A DNA stretch of 64,000 bases from Eledone cirrhosa (taxonomy: Eukaryota). The translations under genes were made by a program, and so were the position numbers. Position 1 is the stretch's first letter, and each line of letters starts with the position of its first letter. This document shows, piece after piece, positions 28,985 through 42,816 of this stretch. The notes beneath the pieces were generated by a model, which saw only the letters and a list, made by a program, of their open reading frames with translations, was not told the origin of the DNA and did not search any database. The stretch covers positions 81,964,001 to 82,028,000 of the forward strand of contig OZ024742.1 in NCBI GenBank assembly GCA_964016885.1, written 5' to 3'.

Positions 28985-29303
28985 TATCAGGTTCGATAAA
29001 ATAAAGTACCAGCAATGCACTGAGTATTTGCTGGTCTTGTGCCTAAAGTAGAAACAATTATTTCGTTTGGCAGTATCGGTAGAGCATTAGACACCATGCT
29101 TTGCAGCATAATTATGGCCCTTTATGTCCTGAGATCAAATCCCACCGATATTAACTTTGCTTTTCAACCTTACGAGGTCGATAAAATAAAACACCAGTAA
29201 TGCACTGGGGTAATTGATTGCCTTGTGCCAAAAGTAGAAACATTTATTATTATTATGTCCATTATTATTTAAAGGGCGGTGAATTGGCAGTATCGGTAGA
29301 TCC
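28985..29303 (+). mobile_element. Tandem SINE cluster (3' part, full copy ~29068-29250, truncated head)
   Basis: TGGCAGTATCGGTAGA heads, GAGATCAAATCCC B-box, GTCGATAAAATAAA core, GTAGAAAC(ATT)n tails. Confidence 0.85.
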
Positions 29304-29304
29304 C

Positions 29305-31460
29305 TCCATTTTTCAAATGTTTTTATAGTTACATTCTTGTCTATTAGAACGGACATATCAATTAGCAGGCATACCCTCTTTTTAAAGTCCTTCAGTATTA
29401 TATCAGGTCTATTTGCATATATTTTTCGGTCTGTTTGGATGCTAAAGTTCTACAGGTTTGAGATGTGATCTTTTTAAAGTACTGGAGGTGGTTGATGCTC
29501 CCATCAATTCTTTTGATGGGGCAGGTCAAAATGCTTACACATTAAACAATGTGTGTATTGTGGAGCTATGTAGCGCCTGTTTAGGTATTCCGTTGGAGCT
29601 ATAGGACTGCACATTCAAATTATATGATCAATGGTCTCTGGTTGTTTTTTACATACTCGGCATAATGGGTTGCATCCATTTTTTATTATGTTGGCTTGGT
29701 AATTACTTGTGGGCAGACACTGATCTTGTGCTGATATAATCAGTCCTTCAGTCTCCGATTTCAGTTCAGAGGATGCCAACCACTGATGGGTTAAAGTTTT
29801 GTCAACATCAGGATTGTTAGCTCTTTCTGGGTATTTTCCATACGGAGGCTTTTCTTGCCATTTCTTAGCCAGTTTCTGTAGCAGTTCTTTCTTTGCAGTT
29901 ACTTTTACCCGCCCTGCTTGTTCTGTATTTTCATGTCAGCAGTAAATGGAACTTCTGAAAATTGTAGTCCATTACTGTATCTTTGTACATATTTTGTAAT
30001 GGAGTATGATCGTTTGATGCTTTCGTCTTAAAAAACGAATTTGATCATCCAATCATGTTATTCCCTTAGATATGTAGATAATCCTATTGTTGCAGTTTTC
30101 AACGCAATATCTAACCGGATTAACCCACGTCCTCCTTCTTTCCTAGGGAGATATATTCCATCTGTATCTGTGCATGGTTAAGAATTTTCGAATTTTTGTA
30201 TCGAGTATACGGATCTCTGTGCTTCACCAGTTGATGATATTGTAACTGTAGGTTACTAATGGTACGGCAAGCGTGTTTATGGCATCGATGCTATTCCTTG
30301 CATTCAATTCCGTTCTTAAGATTGCTCTTACTCTGCGGTAACATTCCTTCCTTATCCTTTCCCTCATTGTCGAGTGCTTGATTCCGTCTCCCTCACAAAC
30401 ACCTAGATATTTGTAAGTTTTCTCTTGATCAAGTTCTCTTATGACCTTCCCCCGATCAAGATTAATGTCTGAACTTTTCAGCAGCTTTCCTCTGGTGAAA
30501 GTTGCTTTGGCGCATTTATGTAGTCCAAACGCCATTTTAATGTCATCACTGAACAGCCCCACAGTGGATAATAGCCCTTGCATTTGTTCATCATTTTTTG
30601 CAAATTGTTTCAGGACATCCATATAGAACAAGCGATTAATGATTTTGTCATAGACTTTATATTCATGTTTTGTTTCATTGAGCATTTTACTTAATGGTAT
30701 AAATGCGATGCAGAATAAAAGAGGTGATAAAGAGTCACCCTGAAAAATTCCACAATTAATATTAACTTCTCCAACTTCCAGTGATTTTTTTTTCACTATT
30801 CAAAAGGAGTGTCGTTTTCCATGTCTTCATACTGAATGACAGGAACCTCCTGACAACGGGAGATATTTTGAAAGTCTTGAAACATTTTTCAATCCAACTG
30901 TGTGGCAAACTATCGAATACTTTTTGTGTAATCTATCCAAGCAGTTGATAGATTTTTGTGTCTCTTATGACGGTCTTCCAGTATCATTCTGTTAACCAAA
31001 AGCTGATCTTTACAGCCATATGACCCTCGTGTTCACCTTTTCAACTCATTGGGAAATAGGTCATTTGTTATCAGGTGATCATATGTATATTCAATTAGGA
31101 CTGATGTCTATACATTGTGGTCAAGCAAGCTATAGGTCTGTAATTTTGGGGATTGTTTGTCTCATCATTCTTCGGTAGGAGGAATGTAATGCCGTTAACT
31201 AGCCATGATGATATCTTTTCTGACTCCTTAACCATTTCATTTTAAAGTTGGGCTAACAGCTCATGAGACTCTGTCAAGGCACTTATCCAAAAAAATTGTT
31301 ATTTTGTCTTTTCCTGTTGATTTCCATTTGCTGGTTTTCTAAGAGCCAAACGCAACTGTTCTACTGTTATGTTTTCCCATGTTTGTTCCTCAAGGTGAGT
31401 TATATATTTAATTTGTCTGTCTATCCAAGGGGCATGCATATTATGAACTTTTTATTCGGC
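29305..31460 (-). mobile_element. R4/Dong-clade LINE family A, truncated at both ends
   Basis: RT motifs GIFQGDSLSPLLFC and LFYMDV(D)LK; reverse complement of the 46-50 kb copies. Confidence 0.93.
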
Positions 31461-31884
31461 CCCTGCTATTATTCCGCATAGCTAATAATGGGGTGAACAC
31501 ACACGAGCAGTTGAAGAAGACAGAGCAGAAGTCAAATAGGAAAAAGAGAGAAGCAATGAAGGATTCAAAGAGATAGAACGTATAATGTGTGTTTAGAAAT
31601 GTATAGCCAAGGAGACGTAAGAAGAGAATAGCAGTGCTGAAAAGGAAGGTTAAAGAATGTATGCTGTCAAGATCATACAATAATTCGTAACCCTTGAGCA
31701 ATTTGCTAGGTACTTGATTTCACGCGGTAAGGTTAAGGCAGTTATTGTTACTTTATTTCATCGGCTTGATTTGAACAAATAATTTAAATGTCCGTAACCT
31801 TAAGCCACAAAACATATTGTCCGATACATTACCGATAATGCCAATCCAACATATATATATCATAATCCTTATGAAAAAAAAAGG

Positions 31885-32097
31885 TTTCTGATTTATGCAG
31901 AATGCCCACATCTTGTGCGGTGCGGAGGGGAATGTCGATTAAATCGACCCGAGCTCATTAATTTACTTTATGTTATCAACCCGTAAAGATGAAAGGCAAT
32001 GCTAACCTCGGTGGGATTTGAACTAACGGGCCATAACTCTATATAACTAAGCCTGGTGTCCGATGCTCTACCAATGTTGCCCATCCACCACCCTAAT
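31885..32097 (-). mobile_element. SINE
   Basis: Minus strand: TTGGTAGAGCATCGG, AGTTCAAATCCCACCGAGG, GCCTTTCATCTTTACGGG. Confidence 0.8.
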
Positions 32098-32105
32098 AAT
32101 ATCAC

Positions 32106-32160
<55 letters not shown>

Positions 32161-32161
<1 letters not shown>

Positions 32162-33265
32162 TGATTGGATGATCAAACTCGTTTTGAAACACGAAAGCAT
32201 CAAAAGATCATATTCCATTACAAAAGATGCACAAAGATACAGTAATGGACTACACATTTCAGAAGTCCCATTTACTGCTGAAATGGAAAACACAGAAAAG
32301 GCAAAGCAGGTAAAAGTAACTGCAAAGAAAGAACTGCTACAGAAACTGGCTAAGAAATGGCAAGAAAAGCCTCTGTATGGAAAATACCCAGAGCGAGCTA
32401 ACAATCCTGATGTTGACAAAACTTTAACCCATCAGTGGTTGGCATCCTCTGGACTGAAATCGGAGACTGAAGGACTGATTATATCGGCACAAGATCAATG
32501 TCTGCCAACAAAAAATTACCAAGCCAACATAATAAAAAATGGGTGCAGCCCATTATGCCGTGTATGCAAAAAACAACCAGAGACCATTGATCATATAATT
32601 TCAATGTGCAGTCCTATAGCTCCAACCGAATACCGAAACAGGCATGACAGAGCTGCACAATACATACATTGGATAATGTGTAAGCATTTTGACCTGCCCC
32701 ATCAAAAGAATTGGTGGGAGCATCAACCACCTCCCATACTTGAAAAAGATCACATCTCAATCTTGTGGAACTTTAGCATCCAAACAGACCGAAAAATAGA
32801 TGCAAACAGACCTGATATAATATTGAAAGACTTTCAAAAGAGGGTATGCCTGCTAATTGATATGTCTGTTCCAATAGACAAGAATGTATCTATAAAAACA
32901 TTTGAAAAATTGAGCAAGTATAAGGACCTGGAGATAGAAATTGGAAAAATGTGGAAATTGAGAACTAAAACAATACCAGTAGTCATAGGCGCTCTAGGAA
33001 TTATACCTAAGGGCTCTAATGATTACTTATCGCAAATCCCAGGAAACCCGCGTATAGGAGAAATACAAAAGATAGTACTAATGGGAACTGCCCACATACT
33101 AAGGAAGATTCTGTCAATATAATTACATCACAAGTCTAAACACTAAAGATGCATGTGTGAATATGTATGTTCTTTCTTGAACATGGCGGACCTTGTTGTC
33201 TCTTGAGGTCACTGGTTGTGACTTGGTGATAACTCGTATAAACATAAAGCAAGATAAATGCAACT

Positions 33266-33266
<1 letters not shown>
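32161..33266 (+). mobile_element. R4/Dong family A, 5'-truncated copy inserted in (AAT)n
   Basis: (AAT)n at 32105-32160 and 33267-33302; 3'UTR ending GATAAATGCAACT shared with the 48.4 and 50.8 kb copies. Confidence 0.95.
32169..33122 (+). CDS. Open C-terminal part of the Dong ORF: CCHC knuckle plus restriction-like endonuclease
   Basis: CRVC...ETIDHIISMC, RHD, ANRPDI, LLIDMSVP, EKLSKY, VVIGALG; 317 aa uninterrupted. Confidence 0.88.
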   Translation: MIKLVLKHESIKRSYSITKDAQRYSNGLHISEVPFTAEMENTEKAKQVKVTAKKELLQKLAKKWQEKPLYGKYPERANNPDVDKTLTHQWLASSGLKSETEGLIISAQDQCLPTKNYQANIIKNGCSPLCRVCKKQPETIDHIISMCSPIAPTEYRNRHDRAAQYIHWIMCKHFDLPHQKNWWEHQPPPILEKDHISILWNFSIQTDRKIDANRPDIILKDFQKRVCLLIDMSVPIDKNVSIKTFEKLSKYKDLEIEIGKMWKLRTKTIPVVIGALGIIPKGSNDYLSQIPGNPRIGEIQKIVLMGTAHILRKILSI

Positions 33267-33302
<36 letters not shown>

Positions 33303-33303
<1 letters not shown>

Positions 33304-34430
33304 TTTGTTATATACATTTTACATTCAAAAAAGAAAATGGTTATAAATGGAAGAAAACCCCCTCTGTCTACACTATATAGAACAGCCAAATAACAGCAAT
33401 TTCACCAAACACCACAAACTAGATACACCACCTACCCCATCACTCCTCTTTGTACACTAAATACAACAGCCAGATAACGGCAATTTCACCACCACCACCG
33501 CCAATCCCAGCATAATAATTATAATTACTATTATTATAGTCGCATGTTTTCACAAAATGTTTAAATTCCAATATTAAAAAAATATGTCAACACATATACG
33601 CGACTAACCACATAGATTCACCGATCAAACAAAAATACAGTCTATTCAACAAAACTCAGTAACGACAACGCCATCACTACAGTCACCTCCGCCACCACCC
33701 ATCCATCATTGCTACCACTATCCCATCGCCACCGCCGCCACTCATTCATTGCTGCCACCGCTATTCCCCCATTACCTTCTGTTAACTTACGTAAGGGGAA
33801 GGTGGCGGTATAACTAGACAATGTTAATAAACAATATTAATATTTAATTTTGGATCAGGAATGTTGGAGTCGAAAAGGAGAAAAATGGCAAAATGACTAA
33901 ATAGCTAAATAGCTAAAGATAATTTCACCACCAACACCGACGCCACTAACACGCTAAAAACTCTGGCCAAGTTGCCACGGCCGCTATTTCTACTCCAACT
34001 TCAACACCATCGCTACAGTACTACGATCACATCACCACCGTCACATTATCGCTGCCGTCGCTATTCTCTCCCACTGCCTCTTGCTAGGTACTACTAGCAC
34101 AGCACAGCCACCACCACCACCGCCACTGCCTCATTATCACTGCCGCCGCTATTCTCTCCCACTAAGCCCTGCTACATCGTAGTCTCCCCACTAAAAGAGG
34201 AAGGCATCAAGATAAATAAATAGACTGAATTGATGACCCGGTCAAAATAAAAAAGCCAAAAATCAAAATCAAAGCAGCACAGCAACAACGAAAAACGTAA
34301 AGAAAAGAAAAATAAAGAGAAAAACAAACAGACGGATAGAGAAGGGAAGGGAAAAACTAAGTCAGACTTTCAAACATTACATTACAATGAAACTTATGCT
34401 TATTCCTTTTTGCGGTTTTTTTTGCATGTT
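33303..34430. repeat. Unclassified element with degenerate internal repeats
   Basis: AATTTCACCACCA(C/A)CACC-like motif x3 and GCTGCCRYCGCTATTCYC-like motif x3; abuts (AAT)n; no coding signal. Confidence 0.4.
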
Positions 34431-34439
34431 TGTTTGTTT

Positions 34440-37400
34440 ATTTATGTTCGTCTACAGCGTGATAATGCCACACAAAAATCACCGGGAGTGACGAAATCAC
34501 CGGGAGTGATGAAATCACCGGTGGTTATGTAACCATACATTCGCCAATCCTAGATAAGAGTGTTTAAATGTCGAACCTAAACAGTTCGAATCTGGTGAAA
34601 TGGAGACTAGAATGTCATGTGACAGACTCTCACCCAACGGGTGCTCCCTGGTTCAGCAGCAGGGACCTGGCTGTCACCCAAATACTGCTGGTGTCGGAGG
34701 AAGAAGAAGAAAGAAAGGGACCAGAACCAACTGGACGAAAGAATTGAATAGAACTGTTATGCAATGTTACCTGAAGAGTAACCCCAAGGAGAAAAGCTAT
34801 AGGAAACGGATGCATAACATCTGGAACAAGATTGGTCTATTTAAATTAGATGAACAAAAATTGGCCGGGCAGGCTCGGGTAATAAGAACTAATGGGTGGA
34901 TAAGCGAGCTGGAACTGGAGGAACTGAGCAGAGAGATTAGCTTGGTAATGGAGAGTGGAGTATGCCAGGCAAACGAGCCAGTCGGAAATGAAGGTGAGGT
35001 GGTCGAGAAAACGGAGGAACCACCCGAAGCAGACAATGATCTGAATGCTGAGATAAATAATACCTGGAACAGAGATACGGCCACTGAGGAGACGAATGCT
35101 GACGGGCTAGGACAATATTTGGTTGATATCCTAAACTTAGTGGTAGATGAATTGAACAATGATAGTGGGAAACCTATGAACCTAAGATTTGTAGACAGGA
35201 AAAAGTTAAAAGAAACAACAGCTAAGGTAAACAAAGTCATCCCATATCTTGAGGCGAGGAGCCTTCACCGGTAAAACGATATCCTCAAAGCAACAGCAAA
35301 TACGGTGAGGAAACTACTTGGTATAAAAGCGAGAGGAAACAACAAACAAGAAAGATCAGAGCCTTGGTGGAAGAAACGACTGAGTGGTCAAATCAGGGAA
35401 ATGAGAAATGACATTGGAAAGCTTGAGTCCCTACTGAATGGGACACTAAAAAACATAGACACTAAAAATAGACTGGAAATAAATTACAAAAACTAGGAGG
35501 AAAAAGCTAAATATTATCATAGAGGAACTGAAGCAACGCATTGTAGCAAAGAGTGCAAAAAGCAGGCGATACGAGAACAGAGTCAGTCAGTATAGACAGA
35601 ACCGCATGTTCCACTACAACCAGAAGATGTAGTTCGGACAGCTTGAAGGGAAAGAAAGAGGCAACGACTTGATACCTGAGACGGAACAAACTAAGACATT
35701 CTGGAGAAGAATATGGGAGCAGGATGTTAAACATAATGACCAGGCAGTGTGGATTGAGACATACAGAAAGAGATTAGTGAACAGGCACACCAACAAACTG
35801 ATTTGAGTATCACAGTTGAAACTCTTAAATGGCAGGCCAAAAAACTAACCAACTGGAGATCACCAGGCCCAGATGGCGTGCAGGGGTATTGGATTAAAAA
35901 TATAACATCCCTCCACCAGAAACTGACAACCATGTTCAATGACTGCTTGATGTCCGGTGAGGTACCAGAGTGGTTGACACAAGGTACCACAATTCTGATA
36001 ATGAAAGACCGAATCAAGGGTAATGATGTTACCAACTATAGACCTATCACATGTCTGTCCGTAATGTGGAAACTGTTGACAAGCATTATGTCTGAGGAAA
36101 TCTACCACCACCTCCACACAAACAACTTGTTACCGGACGAACAGAAAGGATGCCGAAAGAAGTCACGTGGTACAAAGGAGCAGTTACTTATTGACAAGAT
36201 GGTAATGAGGAATTGCAAGAGGTGACACACTGGTCTTGCCATCGGATGGATAGACTACAAAAATACATTCGACATGGTGCCTCAATTTTGGATCACCAAA
36301 AGCCTGGAGATCTTCAAGGTGGCAGATAACATCAAACAGTTGTTGGCCAAAAGTATGAAGTCCTGGGAAACAGAGTTAACATCAACTGGAGAATCCTTGG
36401 GAAGCGTGAAGATCAAAAGAGGTATCTTCCAGGGAGAGAGTCTGTCCCCTGTGTTGTTTGTCCCTGCCCTGATGCCCCTGATCAGTGTACTGCGAAAAGT
36501 GAGAGCAGGATACAGGTTGGGACATGGAGGGCTTACCATCAATCACCTCCTCTTCATGGACGATCTTAAGCTCTTCGGGAAGAGTGAGAAGAGTTGGATG
36601 TGCTTGTTGACACTGTCCGTATTTTCAGCAATGATATATGTATGCAATTTTGTATTAGTAAGTGTGGAGTCCTTGTGATGAAGAGGGGTAAATTGAGCAG
36701 AAGTAACGGAATCCAGGTATCAACAAGTGAGATGATAAAGGAAATTGATACTGAAGAGGGACACAATTATTTAGGTGTTCTGGAGGCTGGTGACATCAAG
36801 AACAAAAACATGAAGGAATTGATAAGATCTGAATACATTCGGAGAGTAAGGAGCGTACTAAAGTCACGTCTGAACAGTAGGAATGCCATAAGTGCAGTAA
36901 ATTCCCGAGCTGTGCCTACTATTAGGTACAGGGCGGGAATTCTGAAATGGAATGTTGCTGAATAAAAAGAAAGAGGATTGATGTCGATATACTCTACTTA
37001 AGGAGATCTGAAGGCGGATGAGGTTTTATCTGCATAGAGGACTGTGTTCAGGTGGAGATATACAACCTACACAAATAAATGACTGATAGTAAGGAGCCAA
37101 TGCTCAGAACTGTACTGAAGGAGGAGACAGTAGACCAGGGGATGTCCAAGGAGGAAATAACATCTAGGAGAGAGAGCAGCCTTCAGGAAAAATCCTTCCA
37201 AAGTACCTTCTTTGAGAAAACTGAATTCAGAGATCCACAGACATGGAACTGGTTGAAAAGAGGAGACCTTAAAAAGGCTACAGAAGGAATGTTAATGGCT
37301 GCGCAGGAGCTGGCCCTCAAAACGAAGTGGTTGAAACACCATATTTACTAGGAGGAGGCTAGCCCACTGTGCAGGATCTGTGGAGAGAGAGAGGAGACTG

Positions 37401-38015
37401 TGGCTCACGTTGTATCCGAGTGTAAACACCTAGCCCAGACTCACTATAAGGGCTGGAGACATGATGTGATGGGCAGGGTGATCCACTGGCACCTATGCAA
37501 AGTAAACAATTTACCACATTCTGAGAAGTGGTATGAGCATAAGCCAGAGTTGGTGATAGAAAACGATCAGGTGGAGGTGATGTGGGATTTTAGGATACAG
37601 ACGGACAAGAAACTGGAACACAATAGACCTGACCTGGTGGTTGTGGACAAAGAAAAAAGATCGTGCCTGATTGTGGATGTGGCCTGCCCATTCGACACTG
37701 GATTGGAAGAGAAGGAGAGGGAGAAAATTAACCGGTACCAGGACTTAAAGTGGGAGGTGAAAAGGATTTGGAACTGTCATGAAGTCAAAGTGGTACCGAT
37801 TGTCATAGGCGCACTAGGTACTATCTCAAAAAGTTTCCAGGGATGGTTAAAGAAAATTGGCCCCTTCACGATTTTTGGAACGTTTCAAAAGGCATGCTTG
37901 CTGGGAACAACAAGAACCCTCCGATACGTCCTGAATATCTGAGGCTGCAGGTAGTGGCTTGATATTCATTTCTACAAACTTTCCAGTTAACTAACATCAA
38001 TGACTGAGACTCAAA

Positions 38016-38016
<1 letters not shown>
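34440..38016 (+). mobile_element. R4/Dong-clade LINE family B, near full length, decayed
   Basis: WTKELN..VMQCY, WRSPGPDG, NYRPITCL, EQKGC, GIFQGESLSP, HLLFMDDLK, CRIC..H..SEC, RHD, NRPDL, VDVACP; (AAT)n tail at 38017-38067. Confidence 0.93.
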
Positions 38017-38067
<51 letters not shown>

Positions 38068-38069
<2 letters not shown>

Positions 38070-41000
38070 ATCCTTTATTAACCACAAGGGTTTACATAAA
38101 GTAGACATTAAGAACAGTGCAGGATAATACAGGACGGTACAAATGGGCATTTCTGCGTGTAAAAACAAAAACAGAGAATGTAACTAAAAATAACAGTGAA
38201 AAATTCCCCAATAGTGGTGATACTTCAGAGGGACATTTGTGGAGAAAGCACAGTAAAAGGTCATAGTGACACTGACCACCAGGGCAAGTGCTCTCTGCCA
38301 ATATTCCACCTTTAATTTAAAGACACATTCACTCGGGCCATACTTGCTTCTCTCACCCATCTTTCAACAAAATGCTGAGAAGAGAGCACTTCCCTCTCTA
38401 CCCTGATTTTCCTTTTCGAATGAAATTTGAAAAATATATCAGGGCATCACCGAAGAGGTAAGTGCTCGTCTTCAGCCCTTTCAAACGTGTCCACCATACT
38501 ATAAACCCACAAGTCAGCAATGCTCGGAAACTTGACGAGTGCGTGCAGGACGGTTACGTCGCCCTGCGCGAATCTCGGATATGCCCGGCTGACGGCACCT
38601 CCATGCATGTAGAGTTTATCCCGAACTGGCAAAACTCCTCGGTAGCACTGCCACGCCAGGCATTTCTGGAAGTTGTCCATAGGCCCCGGCCCGAGAGTCT
38701 TTCCGAAGAGATTGGCTAGTTGATTTTCGTCGACGCCTAGAGTTTCTCCAAGTACGTCGTCGCTCTTCCCCTCCACTAATCCTCTATAGAACGCCAAGGT
38801 GGAGTTTCCACCGATCACATTGCCCGATTGTTCGAGGGCTGTGAGCGCTTGAAGGCATTCCAGTCTCCAAGCGCTCCCTCTCGGTCTTCGCTTGACCCAG
38901 GACTGCAGCTCCGCCAAGGAGACGAGCTGGAAAAAGTCGTGTCTAGCAAACGGCTACCACACCTGATCACCGTCGAGGTAGAAGTAGAGATGTTGTAGCC
39001 TGAGCGCGTGCCTGCGCATCATCAGCCACGGCATGCCCAGCCCTTCACGTAGCGGGAATAGACAGCAGATGGACCGCCTTACCATCGGAGCGCGTCCCTT
39101 CCACAAAAAGCGAAAGAGCAAACGCTCCAGCGCAGTCAGGCAGGGCTTAGGACAAAGTACGACGGTCAGGCGGTAGTAGATGACGGACGCGATGTTCGCG
39201 TGAGCCACCTCCGCTCGACCTTTCAGGGATAGCTTCCTCTCCGCCCATTTCTGGGTGAGAGAAGCCACCCTGCTCATCACCTCGTCCCAGTTTTTGTCCG
39301 TCTGGAGGTCCGGACCGAACCAGACCCCTAGCAATTTAACCGGTCCGTCCGTCCAGCGCCCGTAGACGCTGTTGAACGACATGGACCTACGTCTCCAGGT
39401 GCCGAGCTGCAGGCCCACTGACTTTTCCTGGTTGATCATTGATCCTGTCACCGCTTCGTATTCTCTTAGTGTAGTGCCGATTGCCTCGATGTGTTTGGCG
39501 TTCGACACCACTACGGTGACATCGTCCGTATATGCTGACACGGATGTTCCGCATCCTAGTTAGCGCGGGACACCCCTCAACGGCTCCAGTTTGTGTAGTA
39601 ATGGCTCGAGAGTCAATACGTACAAGAGGGACGAGAAAGGACACCCTTGGCGGACCGAGCGCATGATGTTGAACGGTTCCGAAAGGTGACCGTTCACTCT
39701 CACCACAGAGCAGATGTCGCTGTGCATGGCAGCGATCCTGCCTCTGAAGACGGGCCCAAAGCCAGCCGCCCTCAGGACTGCCGCCAGGTAACGATGGTCG
39801 ACCCTATCGAAAGCTTTCGACTGATCCAAATTGATCAGGGACCCACCCGTGCCAGGTTCCCTAGCTACCCTCTCTACAATGCATCGCATGAGATGGAGGT
39901 TGTCGTGGATGGATCTGTCGGGAATGGCGCATATCTGCGCCTCTCCCACCAGACCACCAACGACAAGCGCCAACCTCTTTGCTAGCACCTTGGCCAAAAT
40001 CTGGAACTCTGTGTTTAGCAGTTATTGGCCTGAAATTATCTATGTTATCCCCCTTGTTTGGATCCTTTCTCAGCAGCGCCATATCTCCTCGACTCACAGA
40101 GCTGGGAATCTCCCGTTCTGTTGCCAGTTGCAGTAGACGTCCGACAAGAGGCCTCCGAACAAGTCTGGCATCTGTACGTAAACTTCATAGGGCACACCAT
40201 CCAAACCAGACGATTTACCCCTTGTGCAGCCAGTCATTGCCTCCCCTACTTCAACGGCTGTTATCGGTGTTTAACGGCAGTCCGTCGAGGTAGATACTAA
40301 AGTCCATCTCTCGATCCGGCCCGACGCTGCGCCCGAACAGCTGTGCGATGTGTCGCTGAAAAGCTTCACACATTTTCCCGTGATCGAGTAGCATGCGCCC
40401 GTCGTGGTCCACCAAAGACCGGATCGTGGCTTTGTTGCCACTCGTGCCCATTGAACGGCTTTCGTCCCCTCGTCTCTGAGAGCACGCACCCTAGCTCTGA
40501 CAACGCAGCCTTCGTGTTTTGCATTGAAGAATTGGTCAAGGGCCAATTTCGCCGCAAGTACGTCGGTCGTGATGCCTTTGCTAAGCGTCTCGTCTCTTTT
40601 TCTAACTAATTCTCCCTCCGCTCTATTTTTCTCCATTGCTAAAGCCTTACTAAACCTAATGGACTCTATTCTAATTGCTCTTCTCAGAGCAAACCACCAC
40701 TTGTTGCTGACGATGGCCCCCGTAAACGCTCTCTTAACTAGTTCACTAATCCGGTCTCTGTAGTCCTTGTGCGCTGGAAAGGACGCGTTTAGCTTCCAGT
40801 AGTCGGGTCCTCGTCTATGAAGCCTATCTAAGTCAAGCACACAGATCACGAATGTGTGGTCCGTGTAGCTGACTATCTTGAATTGTGGACAGGCTATGCT
40901 AGACCTATCTATTTCCCTACAAAATACTCTACCTAGATATGATCTGGATGACCAAATGCGATTTGTCCAAGTCCACATTGGCACATTCGAGAAATCCAAT

Positions 41001-42816
41001 CGGTAGCTGTCAGACAGTTCAAAACGCCTGAGCAGGTTGGTGTGACTCTTGCACACTCCTCCTCTATCCACTAATCCCACACAGTCCCAGCGTGCATCTA
41101 AGATCCCGCTCCAGTCGCCCACTAACGCTAAGGAGCGGGTCGTTCCAAGAAAGGTCTCCAGACGCGCGAAGAAATCAGCCCATCCTACTCCTGTAGGGGC
41201 ATAGACGGCCACTAACCTGAAAGCTTGCCTGTCTCCGCTGGTCACGTCCAGCACCACTATCTCACCTTATGGGTCCAGGAAGAGGGCCCGTATGATAAGA
41301 TCCAAACCTCTCCGAAAAAGCACAGCAACTCCTCCCCCCGTTCCCGGACGGCTGGGAGATGCGTACACATCGTAGCCGCAGAAGATCGGTGCGAAGGCCC
41401 ATGCTTCGGAGATTCTGGTCTCGCTGATGGCTAGTACATCTATGTTTAGTCACCTGAGGTCGTTGAGCAGGTGGCCCTGCTTCCATGACGACCCCAAGCC
41501 ACGCGCATTTATGCTGCCTATTCTGAGTGAGGTCATGTTGAAATGGAGTGGAAACGATGGGAAAGATCACTTACCTTACTTCTTCTCGCAGAGGAACGAT
41601 GGTTTCACCATCCCTCTTCACTTTATCGTCTGGTGAAGGGAGCGTTGAATCGCCCCTTCGGCTGGTCGTCGGCTCTTCTGTGAGTATATCCGAATATACT
41701 TTCTGGATGAGTGTCCCTCCTAGGTCTCTGAAATCACCAACTGCGTTGGGGAATTTCGTTTTAATGTGTGTGTATTGTTTCTGTGCTATTTTTACCAGTC
41801 TTATGTTCGTTGGCGTTTTGATTGGTGCTGGTATTATGTAGTCGTGCTGTGAAATGTCTGTGTGTTCAATTATGTAAGTCATTAATTTCTTGTTATGTGT
41901 ATTTATTGCTGTGCATCTGTTTTCCTGGGGGTGGGGTGTGGTTCTGCTATTTTCTTGTCGTTGTTGCTGGGTGTGTGTGTTTTGTTATTTTTGCGATATT
42001 GGTGCTTGTGGTGGTGGTATTGAAGGTGTTGTTGTTGTTGGCGGTGGGGTTGCCGCCGGTGGTGATGGTGGTGCTATTGTGGGTGGTGATGGTGTTGGTG
42101 TTATTGCTGCTGTAAATCTTTTTGCAGTAGCCTTTACCCTTTTTTCGTTTCTTTCCTCCCTTTTCGAAGGCGACGATGCGCTGCTTCTGCGTTTGTGCCT
42201 TCTTGCGACCTTTTACCATCCCTCTCCCACCTCACACTCCATGTCCGATGCCGTGAGGTCGGGGAGGGGTACCAGCTCCACTCTTTCACTTCTTGTTGTT
42301 GGTGATGTTTGCAGTTGAGTCTCTGTTGCAGTTGCAGTGGTATTGTTGCTGTTGTTGTTAATACTTTCACTGCTGCTGCTGTTCTTGATTTCCGTGGCGT
42401 GGGTATGGGTGCTACGGACCTATCCGTCCTGATTGCCGCCTGTCCTGTTGCTGGTAGCAGTGGAGCCGGTTTCGGAAGGAGGGGGATTTCTCCTTTCTCA
42501 GGGTGTTCTCATTGCAGAAGGCCCTGATGTGAGTCTTCGATCCACAACGAAATCATTTCGGGCGTTTGCCCTCAACACTTATGGGCAGTTGAGTGCCGTT
42601 ATCTAAATCTATCACATCCGGGAGAGCTTCGATGGACTCCTGGTTGGTTTGGATTAACATCTCAATGGAGGTGCCGATCCAATCTTCTCGTACTTTTTTC
42701 TGAACTTGCAGTAAAGTTGATTTGTCCTCGGATCCGATGAGGACAGACGCGGCCAGCCAAGAAGGGGCCCTCGGGGGGGGGGGGGGGTCAGTTTGACCCT
42801 CACACTTTTTTGTCCG
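38068..42816 (-). mobile_element. L1/Tx1-clade LINE: ORF1 3' part, full decayed ORF2 (ATG at 41536) and 3'UTR
   Basis: APE (SINARG, LVAVYAP, VGDW, YTDH), RT (LDQSKAFDRVDH, VRQGCP, AYTDD), C-terminal LPVRDKL; AATAAA just before the (ATT)n tail. Confidence 0.93.

Noticed and set aside
29305-32912. ~750 bp inverted repeat as a twin-primed single Dong insertion
   Set aside because: The arms overlap in element coordinates, differ at many sites and are separated by other elements, so they are two insertions.
34476-34522. 18 bp tandem repeats (and the 33 bp repeats at 5601) as CRISPR-like arrays
   Set aside because: No unique spacers, no cas genes, and the context is eukaryotic transposable elements.
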